64,000 nt of DNA, from the NCBI GenBank assembly GCA_963666835.2, contig CAXXGO010000006.1, positions 1,792,001 through 1,856,000 on the forward strand, read 5' to 3'. Position 1 is the stretch's first letter. Each line of letters starts with the position of its first letter. Positions 1-9,320 of this stretch are shown here, in pieces. The position numbers and the translations under genes are program-made. This stretch comes from Phycisphaerae bacterium (GTDB taxonomy: Bacteria; Planctomycetota; Phycisphaerae; UBA1845). A model generated the notes under the pieces. It made no database searches, had not been told where the DNA came from, and was given only the letters and a program-made list of their open reading frames with translations.

Positions 1-694
1 ACCCGCGGGAACGGCTGTCCGACTTCTTCGTTGGCCGCGTCGGTAGATCCCATTCTTCGATCTGCGCAGGAGTGACGGCCACGCGCTCGAAGTGGATTTC
101 AGCGTCCGGGGCGTATCGTCTGAGCGTCTCCTCGGTGTGCCGTTGGATGTCCTCCCCGCTGGGGTCATGATCCCCGAAGTGGTAGAGAAAGGCCGGCTTC
201 GCCCCTGCGGCGATCGCCTGTGCTGTCGAGTGGAGGAACGCCTTGGAGGCGTACCCGCGAGACACCATCAGCGGAACGTCCCACACTCCGGTGACCTCCC
301 AGAGGACCCCGGCCAGCGCGTCTTTCTCGCACCAGACCTCGGCGCGTACGGGTTGATCGCGCCACAGCGCGCGGCGATAGCACTCGATCGTGCTCTTTAT
401 GGCGGCTCCGATCGTCGAGAACGAGTCTGGCCGCCGGACCCAGCGGGTGTTATCACTTATCCAGCCAAAGGGAATCTCATTCTGCTCCCGCATCACGCCC
501 AGCAAGCGCACGACGGTGCCTTTGTACTCCTGCTCGCTCTTGCGGATCAGGGCTTCGGATACAAGCCTGTAGAAGATCTGCCGACAGGTGGCGGGGTTCT
601 CCTCCTCGGCGATGCGATAGATGGCATGCTTTATGCTCTCGATCTCACGTTTCGACCGTCTGCCTTTTGTTGGCCTAGTCTCCTTAATCGCCAT
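1..694 (-). CDS. TOPRIM-domain protein (TopoVI-A/Spo11-like TOPRIM), 3' end runs off the window
   Basis: Not in the ORF track because no stop lies in the window. Hand translation from ATG 694: MAIKETRPTKGRRSKREIESIK...RQIFYRLV...EVWCEKDALAG...SRGY...LYHFGDHDPSG. The E and DxD TOPRIM motifs are present; the start overlaps the stop of the upstream HTH gene. Confidence 0.7.
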   Translation of the reverse strand, partial: MAIKETRPTKGRRSKREIESIKHAIYRIAEEENPATCRQIFYRLVSEALIRKSEQEYKGTVVRLLGVMREQNEIPFGWISDNTRWVRRPDSFSTIGAAIKSTIECYRRALWRDQPVRAEVWCEKDALAGVLWEVTGVWDVPLMVSRGYASKAFLHSTAQAIAAGAKPAFLYHFGDHDPSGEDIQRHTEETLRRYAPDAEIHFERVAVTPAQIEEWDLPTRPTKKSDSRSRG

Positions 695-923
695 TGGCCG
701 CACCTCCCTCGATAGCGGCCTCCCAGTCGTTTTTGACCGAGATACCCTTCCGGCGGAGTTCAAACACTATGAACCGGACGTAGTCGGGACGGATCTGCCG
801 ACGGCCGTCGACGATCGGGCAAAGGTCGCCCCTGAGTTTCCCATCGTAGAACAGGCGAGTGATTACCGACGGCTTGACGCCGAGGATTCTCGCAACACGA
901 CCGACACCGAGGACTTCTGGCAT
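684..923 (-). CDS. Small helix-turn-helix protein, excisionase/AlpA-like
   Basis: 79 aa, LGVGRVARILGVKPSVITRL HTH pattern; GGAGG RBS just upstream of the ATG; mobile-element context. Confidence 0.55.
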   Translation of the reverse strand: MPEVLGVGRVARILGVKPSVITRLFYDGKLRGDLCPIVDGRRQIRPDYVRFIVFELRRKGISVKNDWEAAIEGGAANGD

Positions 924-1071
924 GGTAGGACCTCCACCTGCGAGGAATCGTCATGGCCGCAACTCGCGGCCCTCACAGATAGAGGCGGAAACTCACGTGT
1001 AGCCGATGGCTACAAAAGGAATGGCCAGCGGCTACAGGATGAGTAGCCGGTGGCTTCAGAGCAGAGGACGG

Positions 1072-2652
1072 TTAATGGGGTTCGTACGGAGAGGTATTCC
1101 ACGCCGGCGGAGCCTCTATCCTGTAGGCCCATTCGCCGTCGATGGAACGGAGGTGTTTGCGGAGATGTTCCCCGAGCGCTGGGATCGTCTTCTCGATCTC
1201 GCCTATGGCCCGTATGATGTTCCCCATGACTCTCTTGCGGGTCTTCTCGCAGACGGGCCTGTTCTGTCGCGGCCGTCCGCGTATTCCGCGGGCCTCATAT
1301 AGCCGCCTCGCCAGCTCTTGCTGCTGATCCTTGAGTGCTGCGGTTTCCTCTTCGCTTACGGAGTCGTCAATCTCACGCTGCAACCGGTGGATTTCGCTCT
1401 CGTAGTGGTCGATGGCCTCCTGGTCCGTCACGGTGTCCTCAGATATTGACTCTACGCACCCTTTGCCGAAGAGAGCCTCAACTTCCATGTAGTGGACTGC
1501 CGATCTATCGCCCGAGCATCTGCGGCCTATCAGGGAGTGGATGAGCGGGAAACCCTGACGGTTCTTGATGTTGGCGTGCGCCCCCATGTAGTCAATCACC
1601 CACGCATCCCCATCCAGACGGAATCCGCAGACCTCTTTGAGGTTCGGGTGGTCTCCGGAAACGACCTCGTCCACCGGCTGATTCACCGTGCTCTTATTGC
1701 CAGCGTCGCCACGGCCACTTGCTTCTTGTGGCTTCTCGACCGTTCGGTCCGATTGCCTTCGCACATCTGGGCATTCCGTGCTGGTTGTTGGTTGCCCCAC
1801 GAGGTCGTCTCCGGTACCGGCACACCAATTGGCAAAGACCCGACAGGCGACAACTGACGTTGCGCAGAAGAGGTGGCAGCGCAGATGAGGGCTGTCGCCG
1901 CTACCATCCCAGAGGAGTTCGTTCACCTCATTCTCGATCGCGTAGGTACGCGCGACGTCAGCGAAGCACTCACGTACTTCATCCGACGGGAAACGCAGAA
2001 CTTTGGCCACCCCATCGATCCCCAGGAGGGTCCCCATGAAATACAGCCAGTAGGACGGAGGACGAAGCTCCACTTTGCACGTGCTCGCGGCGAGACCGTT
2101 ACTGCAATCACAGTCGATCTCGAATGAACCGAAGCGCCAGAAAGGGGGGGGCAGTTCCTTTACTGCGTCTCGCAGAGCGTACGCCGCTGTTTGGGCGAGT
2201 TCTTCCACCTTTCTGACCCACCGTTCGTCATCCTCGTAGTGGTCCGCTGGCACATGATTCAGTGCCTTGCGGAAGCGCAGCTCGAATGACCGGAATGACT
2301 CGACAACCGCCCGAGCCATCTTGTTGGTTGGGCTTACGTCAGCCGGGACTACCGCTCGAATGTCTGGCTCCCACTGCTGGAAGAAACGCGAGACGCTACG
2401 GAAGTCCAGCTCATCAACGGCGGATTCAGCTTTCTCGTAGTTGGACTCGCTCGGGTGTCCTCGCGCGTGCTCCAACACGGGCGTCGGATCGATTCCATAC
2501 TGGCGAAGGAACGGCTTGAGCGCTTTCGCCGCGAAGAAGTTGCTCTCCGGAGAGAAAAGCTCTCCGCTGCTGCGGCTGCGCCAATCTGCCAGAGCCTGTT
2601 GAACGGCTACGAGATGATCGCCCAAACCCGAAGTGTCGCGCTGCATTTGCAC
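1072..2652 (-). CDS. Hypothetical protein with a C-terminal regulator-like helical domain
   Basis: 526-aa ORF. The C-terminus (AWVIDYMG...YESEIHRLQREI...EKTRKRVMGNIIRAIGEI...PALGEHL) resembles a C-terminal module I recall from regulators; the N-terminus is unrecognised. Confidence 0.55.
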   Translation of the reverse strand: MQMQRDTSGLGDHLVAVQQALADWRSRSSGELFSPESNFFAAKALKPFLRQYGIDPTPVLEHARGHPSESNYEKAESAVDELDFRSVSRFFQQWEPDIRAVVPADVSPTNKMARAVVESFRSFELRFRKALNHVPADHYEDDERWVRKVEELAQTAAYALRDAVKELPPPFWRFGSFEIDCDCSNGLAASTCKVELRPPSYWLYFMGTLLGIDGVAKVLRFPSDEVRECFADVARTYAIENEVNELLWDGSGDSPHLRCHLFCATSVVACRVFANWCAGTGDDLVGQPTTSTECPDVRRQSDRTVEKPQEASGRGDAGNKSTVNQPVDEVVSGDHPNLKEVCGFRLDGDAWVIDYMGAHANIKNRQGFPLIHSLIGRRCSGDRSAVHYMEVEALFGKGCVESISEDTVTDQEAIDHYESEIHRLQREIDDSVSEEETAALKDQQQELARRLYEARGIRGRPRQNRPVCEKTRKRVMGNIIRAIGEIEKTIPALGEHLRKHLRSIDGEWAYRIEAPPAWNTSPYEPH

Positions 2653-2876
2653 CTACCTTTCTTTCATCGGGTCGGTCCGGGCGAGTTGTTGGAAGGTAGG
2701 TCAAACCAACAACCTCGCCCGGACCGCTTGGCGGGTGTACGGCCCGCCGTCCCGATCGCACCACTATACTATCCAGGCAAGGGTCTGCGGAGAGTGGTGC
2801 GAGCCCCGGCTCCCGTACGGATATTCAAACCACCTTCTGGACACCTGCAAATCCCTCGCTGCCGGTTCTCCCCCGA

Positions 2877-5800
2877 TCATGCCGCTGGCTCATCCCGAAT
2901 CTGGTCGTAGACCTGCTGTGACAGGTGCTCGGCGACGATCTTCTGGAAGTTCTTGTCGTTCATGAACTTCGCGAAGAGTTCTTCGTTCTGCTCCATCCGA
3001 TCGATGAAGAGGCCTTCAAGTACCTTGTAGAAAACGAAACGGAAATTGTCGATCGTGTTCGCGTGAGCAGCTTGTCGCAGGTCTTCGTCGGCAATTGCCT
3101 CCTCGCGGATCTGGTTGAAGAAAAGCTCATCGGCTGGCGTGAAGTCGGTACCGAACCGCTCGTTGATTAGGTCGATGAGAGTCGATAGCTCGACCTGGGG
3201 GCCTTCGCCGCTGCGTGTTCCCACCGCCGTTGGTCCTTTCACTTCGCCGCCTTCACCCGGCTCAAGCTGAATCGTGCCTTCGCTGATCTTCTGGAGGCGG
3301 TAGAACTTGAGTGTAACCTCGTCGTCAAAATCGTACTTCGGCCCCGATGCCCGACGCGGCAGCTTTGACAGCAGGAAACGGGCGTATGTGTACAGCTTCT
3401 CCAGGTCCGAGTCCTGATATGGGATCACCTGCGACAGGAACGAGTAGAGGCTTCTGAAGGTGATCAAAAGGCCGCGGAACTCCTCCCGCTCTTCCTCGTC
3501 AAGAGCATTGAAGCGGGAGACTGCTGGATCGATGATGGCGTTGATCTTCCCGTGGTCGCTCGGTGTCTGCACGGCCTTGGCCTTGAAGAAGACCTTGCAG
3601 AACTCCTCGACTTCCTCTCGGTGATAGACGTGGCGTTCGTCGAGCTTGGCCTGGAGGTCGTAGAGTTGACGCGGGTCGGCTTCCTCGCCAACGTGGGTCA
3701 CTTCGTAGTACGGTTTGAACGCTTCGTAGATCTCGTCCGGCTTGTTCACGAAATCGAGGACGAACGTGTCCTCCTTTCCCGAGCACGTTCGATTGAGCCG
3801 CGAGAGCGTCTGCACAGCCTGGATGCCCGCCAACCGCTTGTCCACGTACATAGTGTGCAGGAGCGGCTGGTCGAACCCGGTCTGGTACTTCTCGGCAACG
3901 ATGAGCACGCTGTACTCGTCCGTCGCGAACTTCTCGGGGAGCCGCTTCTCGGGAAGTGGCTTCCCTTCGGCGTCGCGATTCATGTCCGGCTCGGTGTAGC
4001 TCACACCAGCCGTATCCGGGTCCTCGACGGTCCCGGAGAACGCAACGAGAGTCTTGATGTCGTCGTAGCCCTTCTCACGTATCTGCTTGTCGAATTCCTG
4101 CTTGTAGCGAACGGCGTGAAGCCGCGAACTTGTGGCCACCATCGCCTTCGCCCGCCCGCCGATCTTGTGCTTGGTGAACGTGCGGAAGTGCTCAAGCATC
4201 ACCTCGGTCTTCTGGGCGATGTTGTGCGGGTGAAGGCTCATGAAGCGAGCCAACGCCTGAGCGGCCTTTCGCTTGTCAACCTCGGGGTCATCCTCAATGG
4301 ACTTGATAAGTCTGAAGTAGGTCTTGTAGGTCGTGTAGTGCTTGAGCACGTCGAGGATGAAGCCCTCCTCAATGGCCTGCCGCATGCTGTACAGGTGGAA
4401 GGGGTTAGGCTTGCCGTCCGGCCCCTTCATGCCGAACACTTCGAGCGTCTTGTATTTCGGCGTGGCCGTGAATGCGAAGAAGCTGATGTTGGGCTGCCGA
4501 CCGCGTTTGAGCATCGTCTTGAGAATCTCTTCCTCGTGGTCCACCAGCCCTTCCGCCTCAGCTCTCTCCTTGGCTTTTTCCTTGATGCTATTTGCCGCGA
4601 GCACGCCCTTGAGTTCGGTCGCACTTTCTCCTGATTGCGAGCTATGGGCCTCATCCACGATGACCGCGTATCTTCGGTCTGGCAGGCTCCCGACCTTCTC
4701 CGTCACGAACGGGAACTTCTGAAGCGTGGTAATGATAATGGGCGTTCCGGCGGTGAGTGCTTCTGCGAGCTGCGTCGAGTGTTCGTCGATTTTCTCGACG
4801 ACGCCTTGCCGGTGCTCGAACTGATAAATCGTGTCCTGAAGCTGGCGGTCGAGCACGATGCGGTCGGTAATCACGATGACCGAATCGAAGACCTTCTCGT
4901 CCCGGTCATTGTGCAGGCTCGCGAGGCGGTGGGCCAGCCAGCCGATGGAGTTGCTCTTGCCGCTTCCGGCAGAATGCTGAATCAGGTAGTTATTCCCGAC
5001 ACCGCTTGCCCGGGCGTCGGCTTCGAGCTTTCGCACCGAGTCGAGTTGGTGGTAGCGGGGGAAAATCATCGTCTCTTTGCGAATCTTCCGCCCGCCGACC
5101 GTCTTCTCCTCCACTTGGAGGTGGATGAAGCGAGCCAAAATGTCGAGAAGCGAATCCCGCTGCCAAACCTGCTCCCACAGGTAGGCCGTCCTGTATCCGT
5201 CCGGGTTCTCTGGATTGCCCGGCCCGGTGGCGTCTCCGAGGTTAAACGGTAGGAAGAACGTCTTCTTGCCGCTGAGCCGCGTGGTCATGTAGACCTCGTC
5301 AGGGTCAACGGCAAAGTGAACCAGCGAACGCTTCTTGAACTCGAAGATTCGCTCACGCGGGTCGCGGTCGGTTCGGTATTGGTGTTTGGCATGGCCGACG
5401 TTTTGGCCGCTCATCGGGTTCTTGAGCTCTGCCGTCACGACCGGGATTCCGTTCAAACCGAGCACCACGTCAATCGAGTTCTCGTTCCTAGTGCTGTAAT
5501 GAAGCTGCCGGGTGACCGTTAGCCGATTAGCGGCGTAGAGCCGCTCGGTGTCCGGGTTCATGCTGTGGGCCGGTGCGAAATAAGCAACGTGGATGAGCTT
5601 ACCGAAACATTTGAACCCGTGGCGGATTACGGCCAGCGAGCCTTGTGAGTCCATCGCCTTGCACAGGTCTTCGAGCACGACGGGCTCGGTTTCCGAGCCG
5701 TGCAACTTCTCCAGAGCCTCCCATATCTCGTGCTGCGTCTCCTTGATGAACGGGACAAGCACCGTCGGGTCGATGGCTCGCTCGCGGTAGAAGTTCGCCG

Positions 5801-5885
5801 GGTCGGCCTTAGCGTAGCCTGCAACACTGAGCAGGTGATGCTCAATGGCGGTCTCGAACGCGATTTCGCGGTGGTCAATCGGCAT
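2877..5885 (-). CDS. hsdR: Type I restriction endonuclease subunit R
   Basis: 1002 aa; nuclease motif D-x-ELK (IDVVLGLNGIPVVTAELKN), Walker A HSAGSGKS, DEAH box, FTATP, QTGFDQP, QTLSRLNR. Confidence 0.95.
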   Translation of the reverse strand: MPIDHREIAFETAIEHHLLSVAGYAKADPANFYRERAIDPTVLVPFIKETQHEIWEALEKLHGSETEPVVLEDLCKAMDSQGSLAVIRHGFKCFGKLIHVAYFAPAHSMNPDTERLYAANRLTVTRQLHYSTRNENSIDVVLGLNGIPVVTAELKNPMSGQNVGHAKHQYRTDRDPRERIFEFKKRSLVHFAVDPDEVYMTTRLSGKKTFFLPFNLGDATGPGNPENPDGYRTAYLWEQVWQRDSLLDILARFIHLQVEEKTVGGRKIRKETMIFPRYHQLDSVRKLEADARASGVGNNYLIQHSAGSGKSNSIGWLAHRLASLHNDRDEKVFDSVIVITDRIVLDRQLQDTIYQFEHRQGVVEKIDEHSTQLAEALTAGTPIIITTLQKFPFVTEKVGSLPDRRYAVIVDEAHSSQSGESATELKGVLAANSIKEKAKERAEAEGLVDHEEEILKTMLKRGRQPNISFFAFTATPKYKTLEVFGMKGPDGKPNPFHLYSMRQAIEEGFILDVLKHYTTYKTYFRLIKSIEDDPEVDKRKAAQALARFMSLHPHNIAQKTEVMLEHFRTFTKHKIGGRAKAMVATSSRLHAVRYKQEFDKQIREKGYDDIKTLVAFSGTVEDPDTAGVSYTEPDMNRDAEGKPLPEKRLPEKFATDEYSVLIVAEKYQTGFDQPLLHTMYVDKRLAGIQAVQTLSRLNRTCSGKEDTFVLDFVNKPDEIYEAFKPYYEVTHVGEEADPRQLYDLQAKLDERHVYHREEVEEFCKVFFKAKAVQTPSDHGKINAIIDPAVSRFNALDEEEREEFRGLLITFRSLYSFLSQVIPYQDSDLEKLYTYARFLLSKLPRRASGPKYDFDDEVTLKFYRLQKISEGTIQLEPGEGGEVKGPTAVGTRSGEGPQVELSTLIDLINERFGTDFTPADELFFNQIREEAIADEDLRQAAHANTIDNFRFVFYKVLEGLFIDRMEQNEELFAKFMNDKNFQKIVAEHLSQQVYDQIRDEPAA

Positions 5886-6561
5886 TAGGATTACCTGCCC
5901 GAGTAGTCTCTTGTCGCTCGCCTAACGCCTGTTGCTCACTAATATCTACGGCCTCGGCGAAGTTGTTGAGCTCCGCATATGCGTAAAGGAGCACGCCAAG
6001 ACACCCAGCAAGAATCGCTGCACTCGTTCCAGACAGATTCCCGGGAGGGTATAGGGCTGAAGCCACTACGAGCGGAGCAACGAGGTTCCGCACGAGACGC
6101 CCCTGGGCTCTGCGTCGGTATATCTCGGCCTTGCTCTTGTCGCCGCTAACGGAACGCAATGCCGCCCGGTAAATCGCGTTCCATTCGGCCAGCCAACGGC
6201 ACCTGAACATCAGCCAGGATTTCGTTGAACGCTTAACGTCATCGTCAAACCCGGGGACACGAACGAAATCGTCCTGGAGGTTCTTGCGGGTCCGATGGGA
6301 GAGTAGGAACAACATGAACTGACGCGGTCCACGCTCGGATAATCCGTCGAGAATGAACCGACTCACTACTGCGGAGATAACACCGAGGCCGTAACAGCCG
6401 CACAAAAAAGCGAACGCAGATAGACTCTCGCTGCTAAGCTCTGGCTGTGAAGCCGGCGGCGGCCCAACCGGCGTCGCGGTGTGGTTGTAGAAGAGCCAAC
6501 CGAGAATCACGCCGGGTACAAGGTTCTCAATGTGAACGTTGACGTCTTTCCAGAACTCCAT
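5875..6561 (-). CDS. Uncharacterised membrane protein embedded in the hsd operon
   Basis: 228 aa with about 4 hydrophobic segments; starts 9 nt after the hsdS stop and overlaps the hsdR start. Confidence 0.7.
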   Translation of the reverse strand: MEFWKDVNVHIENLVPGVILGWLFYNHTATPVGPPPASQPELSSESLSAFAFLCGCYGLGVISAVVSRFILDGLSERGPRQFMLFLLSHRTRKNLQDDFVRVPGFDDDVKRSTKSWLMFRCRWLAEWNAIYRAALRSVSGDKSKAEIYRRRAQGRLVRNLVAPLVVASALYPPGNLSGTSAAILAGCLGVLLYAYAELNNFAEAVDISEQQALGERQETTRAGNPNAD

Positions 6562-6570
6562 TGCACTCTC

Positions 6571-7986
6571 TCACATACGGGCTTCCATGTCGCGTACGTC
6601 AATCTTGCCGGTAACGGCAGCCGAAATCAGGGCGGAGCGGTACTCCTGAAGCCGCTCGATTGCCCTTGAGACTTGGCCCATCAAATCGTCGTGTTTTGCG
6701 GTTGCCGTTTGCAGGTGCTCGCAAATCTGTCCCTGTTCATCAAACGGTGGCAGGAATAGCTCGAACCCCTTCCACAGGTCCGTTCTGAGGCATTTTGTGC
6801 CATGGCCCGACTCTTCAACAAGAGCGAGAAACGCCGGGGCGATTCCTTGGAGGAGATAGGCCAAAAAATCCGCAGATGTCCCTGAGCGAACTGAAATCGC
6901 CTTCATATCTTGGTTGATTGTCACCGGTACGCTAGTCAGCCCGACCGGGAAACTGTGAGACAGAATCATCCCCCGCACAACGACGAGCACCGCCGGGGGG
7001 GCGATGAGGCGAATCGTCGTCTCGCTCACCGCTTCGTCCGTCACGTGGTCTGCCGAGTCGTCTATGATGCGGCGTTTCATGTCCTTGGGAGACACCCAAG
7101 GAATTGAGCCGTTCCAGTATCCAAGATTGTCTTTGCTCGGAGTTCCGCCACCCTGCATGGTCGTGATGTACCCGAGCTTCCGGAGGCACCAGTGCTCCGG
7201 TACGGGGCCGAGCCAGGCGATTCCGGAGTCCTTCATCGGGGCGTCGGGGTTGAGGCCCTTGGTGACGGCGTGGCTGATGAGGGCGGTGCGTTTCTCGGCG
7301 AGAAGTTCGATGAGCCGCTGCTTCTTGGCGATGAGTTCATCTATTCGAGCTGTCTCGGTGTCGAGGAATGTAACGATGGCTCGTTGTTCATCGGTTGAAG
7401 GAAATGGAAACCTGTACACGCGGAGCTGTTCGCCCGTAAGGTGAGGAATCGTATTCGGATTCCCTCGTGCGACGAACACACCAGTCGAAGCCGCATGCAA
7501 CAGTGCGTAGTAGAGATAGCGAGTCAGGTCACGGCTGGCACGCGGGCGAAGTCGGTGAAGAGCTTTCTGATACGCACATCGAGGGAGCTTATCATTCCAG
7601 ATTGCAGCCCGGCCAACCTCTCCTCCTTCACAAACGAGCAAGTCGCCGTGGCGAAGAATGAAACGAGCCTCTTCGCGTGGCTCAATGTCCATGTCCGGCA
7701 AGGCGGAAGTGTCGATGTAATCCCACTGAACGTCGGCATTACGTAGATACGGTGTGAGGTGCTCGCCCGTAATCCGCTTCGCGTCGAGCATTTTTCCGAG
7801 TTCGAGCCAGTACCGGGCGTACAGCGGTGCAATCGCCCATTCCAATGGCACCTCGCCCAGCCAGTCAGCCCCGGAATCGCGATAAACCGAATAGCGGGCA
7901 AAACTACGAGCCCCGGACTCAACCGCTTCGAGAAGCTGCCCAGAACCTGACAAGGCAGTGGACTCGACGGCACCAGAGTGAGTCAC
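6571..7986 (-). CDS. hsdS: Type I restriction-modification specificity subunit S
   Basis: Two TRDs separated by the conserved spacer (EQRAIVTFLDTETARIDELI...TKGLNPDAPMKDSGIAWLGPVPEHW); C-terminal RSALISAAVTGKIDVR. Confidence 0.95.
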   Translation of the reverse strand: MTHSGAVESTALSGSGQLLEAVESGARSFARYSVYRDSGADWLGEVPLEWAIAPLYARYWLELGKMLDAKRITGEHLTPYLRNADVQWDYIDTSALPDMDIEPREEARFILRHGDLLVCEGGEVGRAAIWNDKLPRCAYQKALHRLRPRASRDLTRYLYYALLHAASTGVFVARGNPNTIPHLTGEQLRVYRFPFPSTDEQRAIVTFLDTETARIDELIAKKQRLIELLAEKRTALISHAVTKGLNPDAPMKDSGIAWLGPVPEHWCLRKLGYITTMQGGGTPSKDNLGYWNGSIPWVSPKDMKRRIIDDSADHVTDEAVSETTIRLIAPPAVLVVVRGMILSHSFPVGLTSVPVTINQDMKAISVRSGTSADFLAYLLQGIAPAFLALVEESGHGTKCLRTDLWKGFELFLPPFDEQGQICEHLQTATAKHDDLMGQVSRAIERLQEYRSALISAAVTGKIDVRDMEARM

Positions 7987-8531
7987 TTCGAAGCTCCTTT
8001 CGCTTTTCGTCCGGAGCTTGATGCTTGGGCTTTTTTCGTCGGTCTCTTCGCCTTCGCTTTGTATTCAGGAAGGACTTTCGCTTCTTCCGGCAGGACGTAG
8101 GCTCCCAAAAGCAGATGGTCAATCACCTTCATCGCTGCGATGGTCTGCTTTTCTGTCGGAGCCTTCATTTCGTGAGCCGCCTCGTTTCCGAGCAGGCGGA
8201 TTCCGTGGAGAATCTTCGCTCCGGAAGCAGTGAGCAGACTCTGCGTGACGAGATTGTCAATCTGCTCAAAGAGCGACTTGCCGGGCGTCTTTCGTTCTTT
8301 GCAGATAGCTTCGACAATCGCACGTACGCCGATACCAGCAAGCGTGAACAGCCGTTTCTGAATGGAAGCGATTGTCTCTCGATAAATCGCCTGCACGATA
8401 GCCGGTATGCTCCGCACATCGTCACCGAGGTAGAGGCCATCAACACGCACCTCGTCCGGCGGATAGCACTCAATCGACGTGGGAATGTACGGTTCACCGA
8501 AGTTGCTGGCCATCATTCTCCCCGGATTCAC
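7983..8531 (-). CDS. DUF4145-like (HEPN-type) protein, possibly 5'-truncated
   Basis: GVRAIVEAIC...IRLLGNEAAHE gives an R-x-x-G-N-x-A-A-H motif; 4-nt overlap with hsdS; short N-terminus. Confidence 0.7.
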   Translation of the reverse strand: MNPGRMMASNFGEPYIPTSIECYPPDEVRVDGLYLGDDVRSIPAIVQAIYRETIASIQKRLFTLAGIGVRAIVEAICKERKTPGKSLFEQIDNLVTQSLLTASGAKILHGIRLLGNEAAHEMKAPTEKQTIAAMKVIDHLLLGAYVLPEEAKVLPEYKAKAKRPTKKAQASSSGRKAKGASK

Positions 8532-8689
8532 CTATTGACCACGGCCTGCGTGGTTGATTGGCAAGGGCTGCCGGCTCCTAAGCTTCGTATCACCGCCTCC
8601 GCATAGCCCACGCGTCCCAAGACTGGACACAATTGTGCAACCTGGACGTGAGAATGTCCAATGCCCCGGTTAGGAGCGTCGGATCGCCG

Positions 8690-8860
8690 TCAATCCGGGC
8701 GTACCACCTGCAAACCACACTAACGCCAAGCGGCCTGGCCGATGCTTGGCGACAGCGGGCTGAGGTTCTGAACGCCCAGTACGAGCACATCGGTGAGCAA
8801 GCGAGAAAGTCCGCCCACTTGCACGGCGACGAAACGGGCTGACGGATCAACCCGACAAAG
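8690..8860 (+). pseudogene. IS66-family transposase remnant
   Basis: LQTTLTPSGLADAW...YEHIGEQARKSAHLHGDETG*RIN matches the IS66 DETGW motif with TGG changed to TGA; only a short fragment, ends approximate. Confidence 0.65.
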
Positions 8861-9320
8861 ACCATCGTGGGCACACTACGAACATACGTAGTCGCCGGCC
8901 AATTCACACCACTTCCCGACGCCGCCGTTGCATACGGCTAACGTGTTGCGGAACATCAACGCCACTGACCGGTTCTGGGACACCCGGCTCGCAATGGCCA
9001 TGACGCAGCCGTCACGTTCATATGATTGGGAGCCTGACCGTTGGTTATATCCGACACGCTGGTGGGCCGCTGCCCGGGCCGGAATAGATCCGCGAGTAGG
9101 GAAAGTCGTATTCACGTCTTCGGAGGCCGATCTTCGAACCCAGAATGTGCGATACAACGGTGCGGAGATCTAGTCGGGCAATCTGCCCACAGACGAAGAC
9201 CCCTGTCAGCAACAGGTCTTTGAATCGTATAATCAAGCGAAGAACCAAACCGTTGTCGTAGCGTGCCGGATTGGTTATATTTGACCTGGAAGACCACAGC
9301 TCGTGCGGAGGATGGAACGT

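Noticed and set aside
92..715. 207-aa plus-strand ORF
   Set aside because: Shadow of the minus-strand TOPRIM gene, which has clear motifs.
8633..8860. Active IS66 element mobilising the CRISPR locus
   Set aside because: Only a short fragment with an internal stop; no tnpA/tnpB genes or terminal repeats were recognised.
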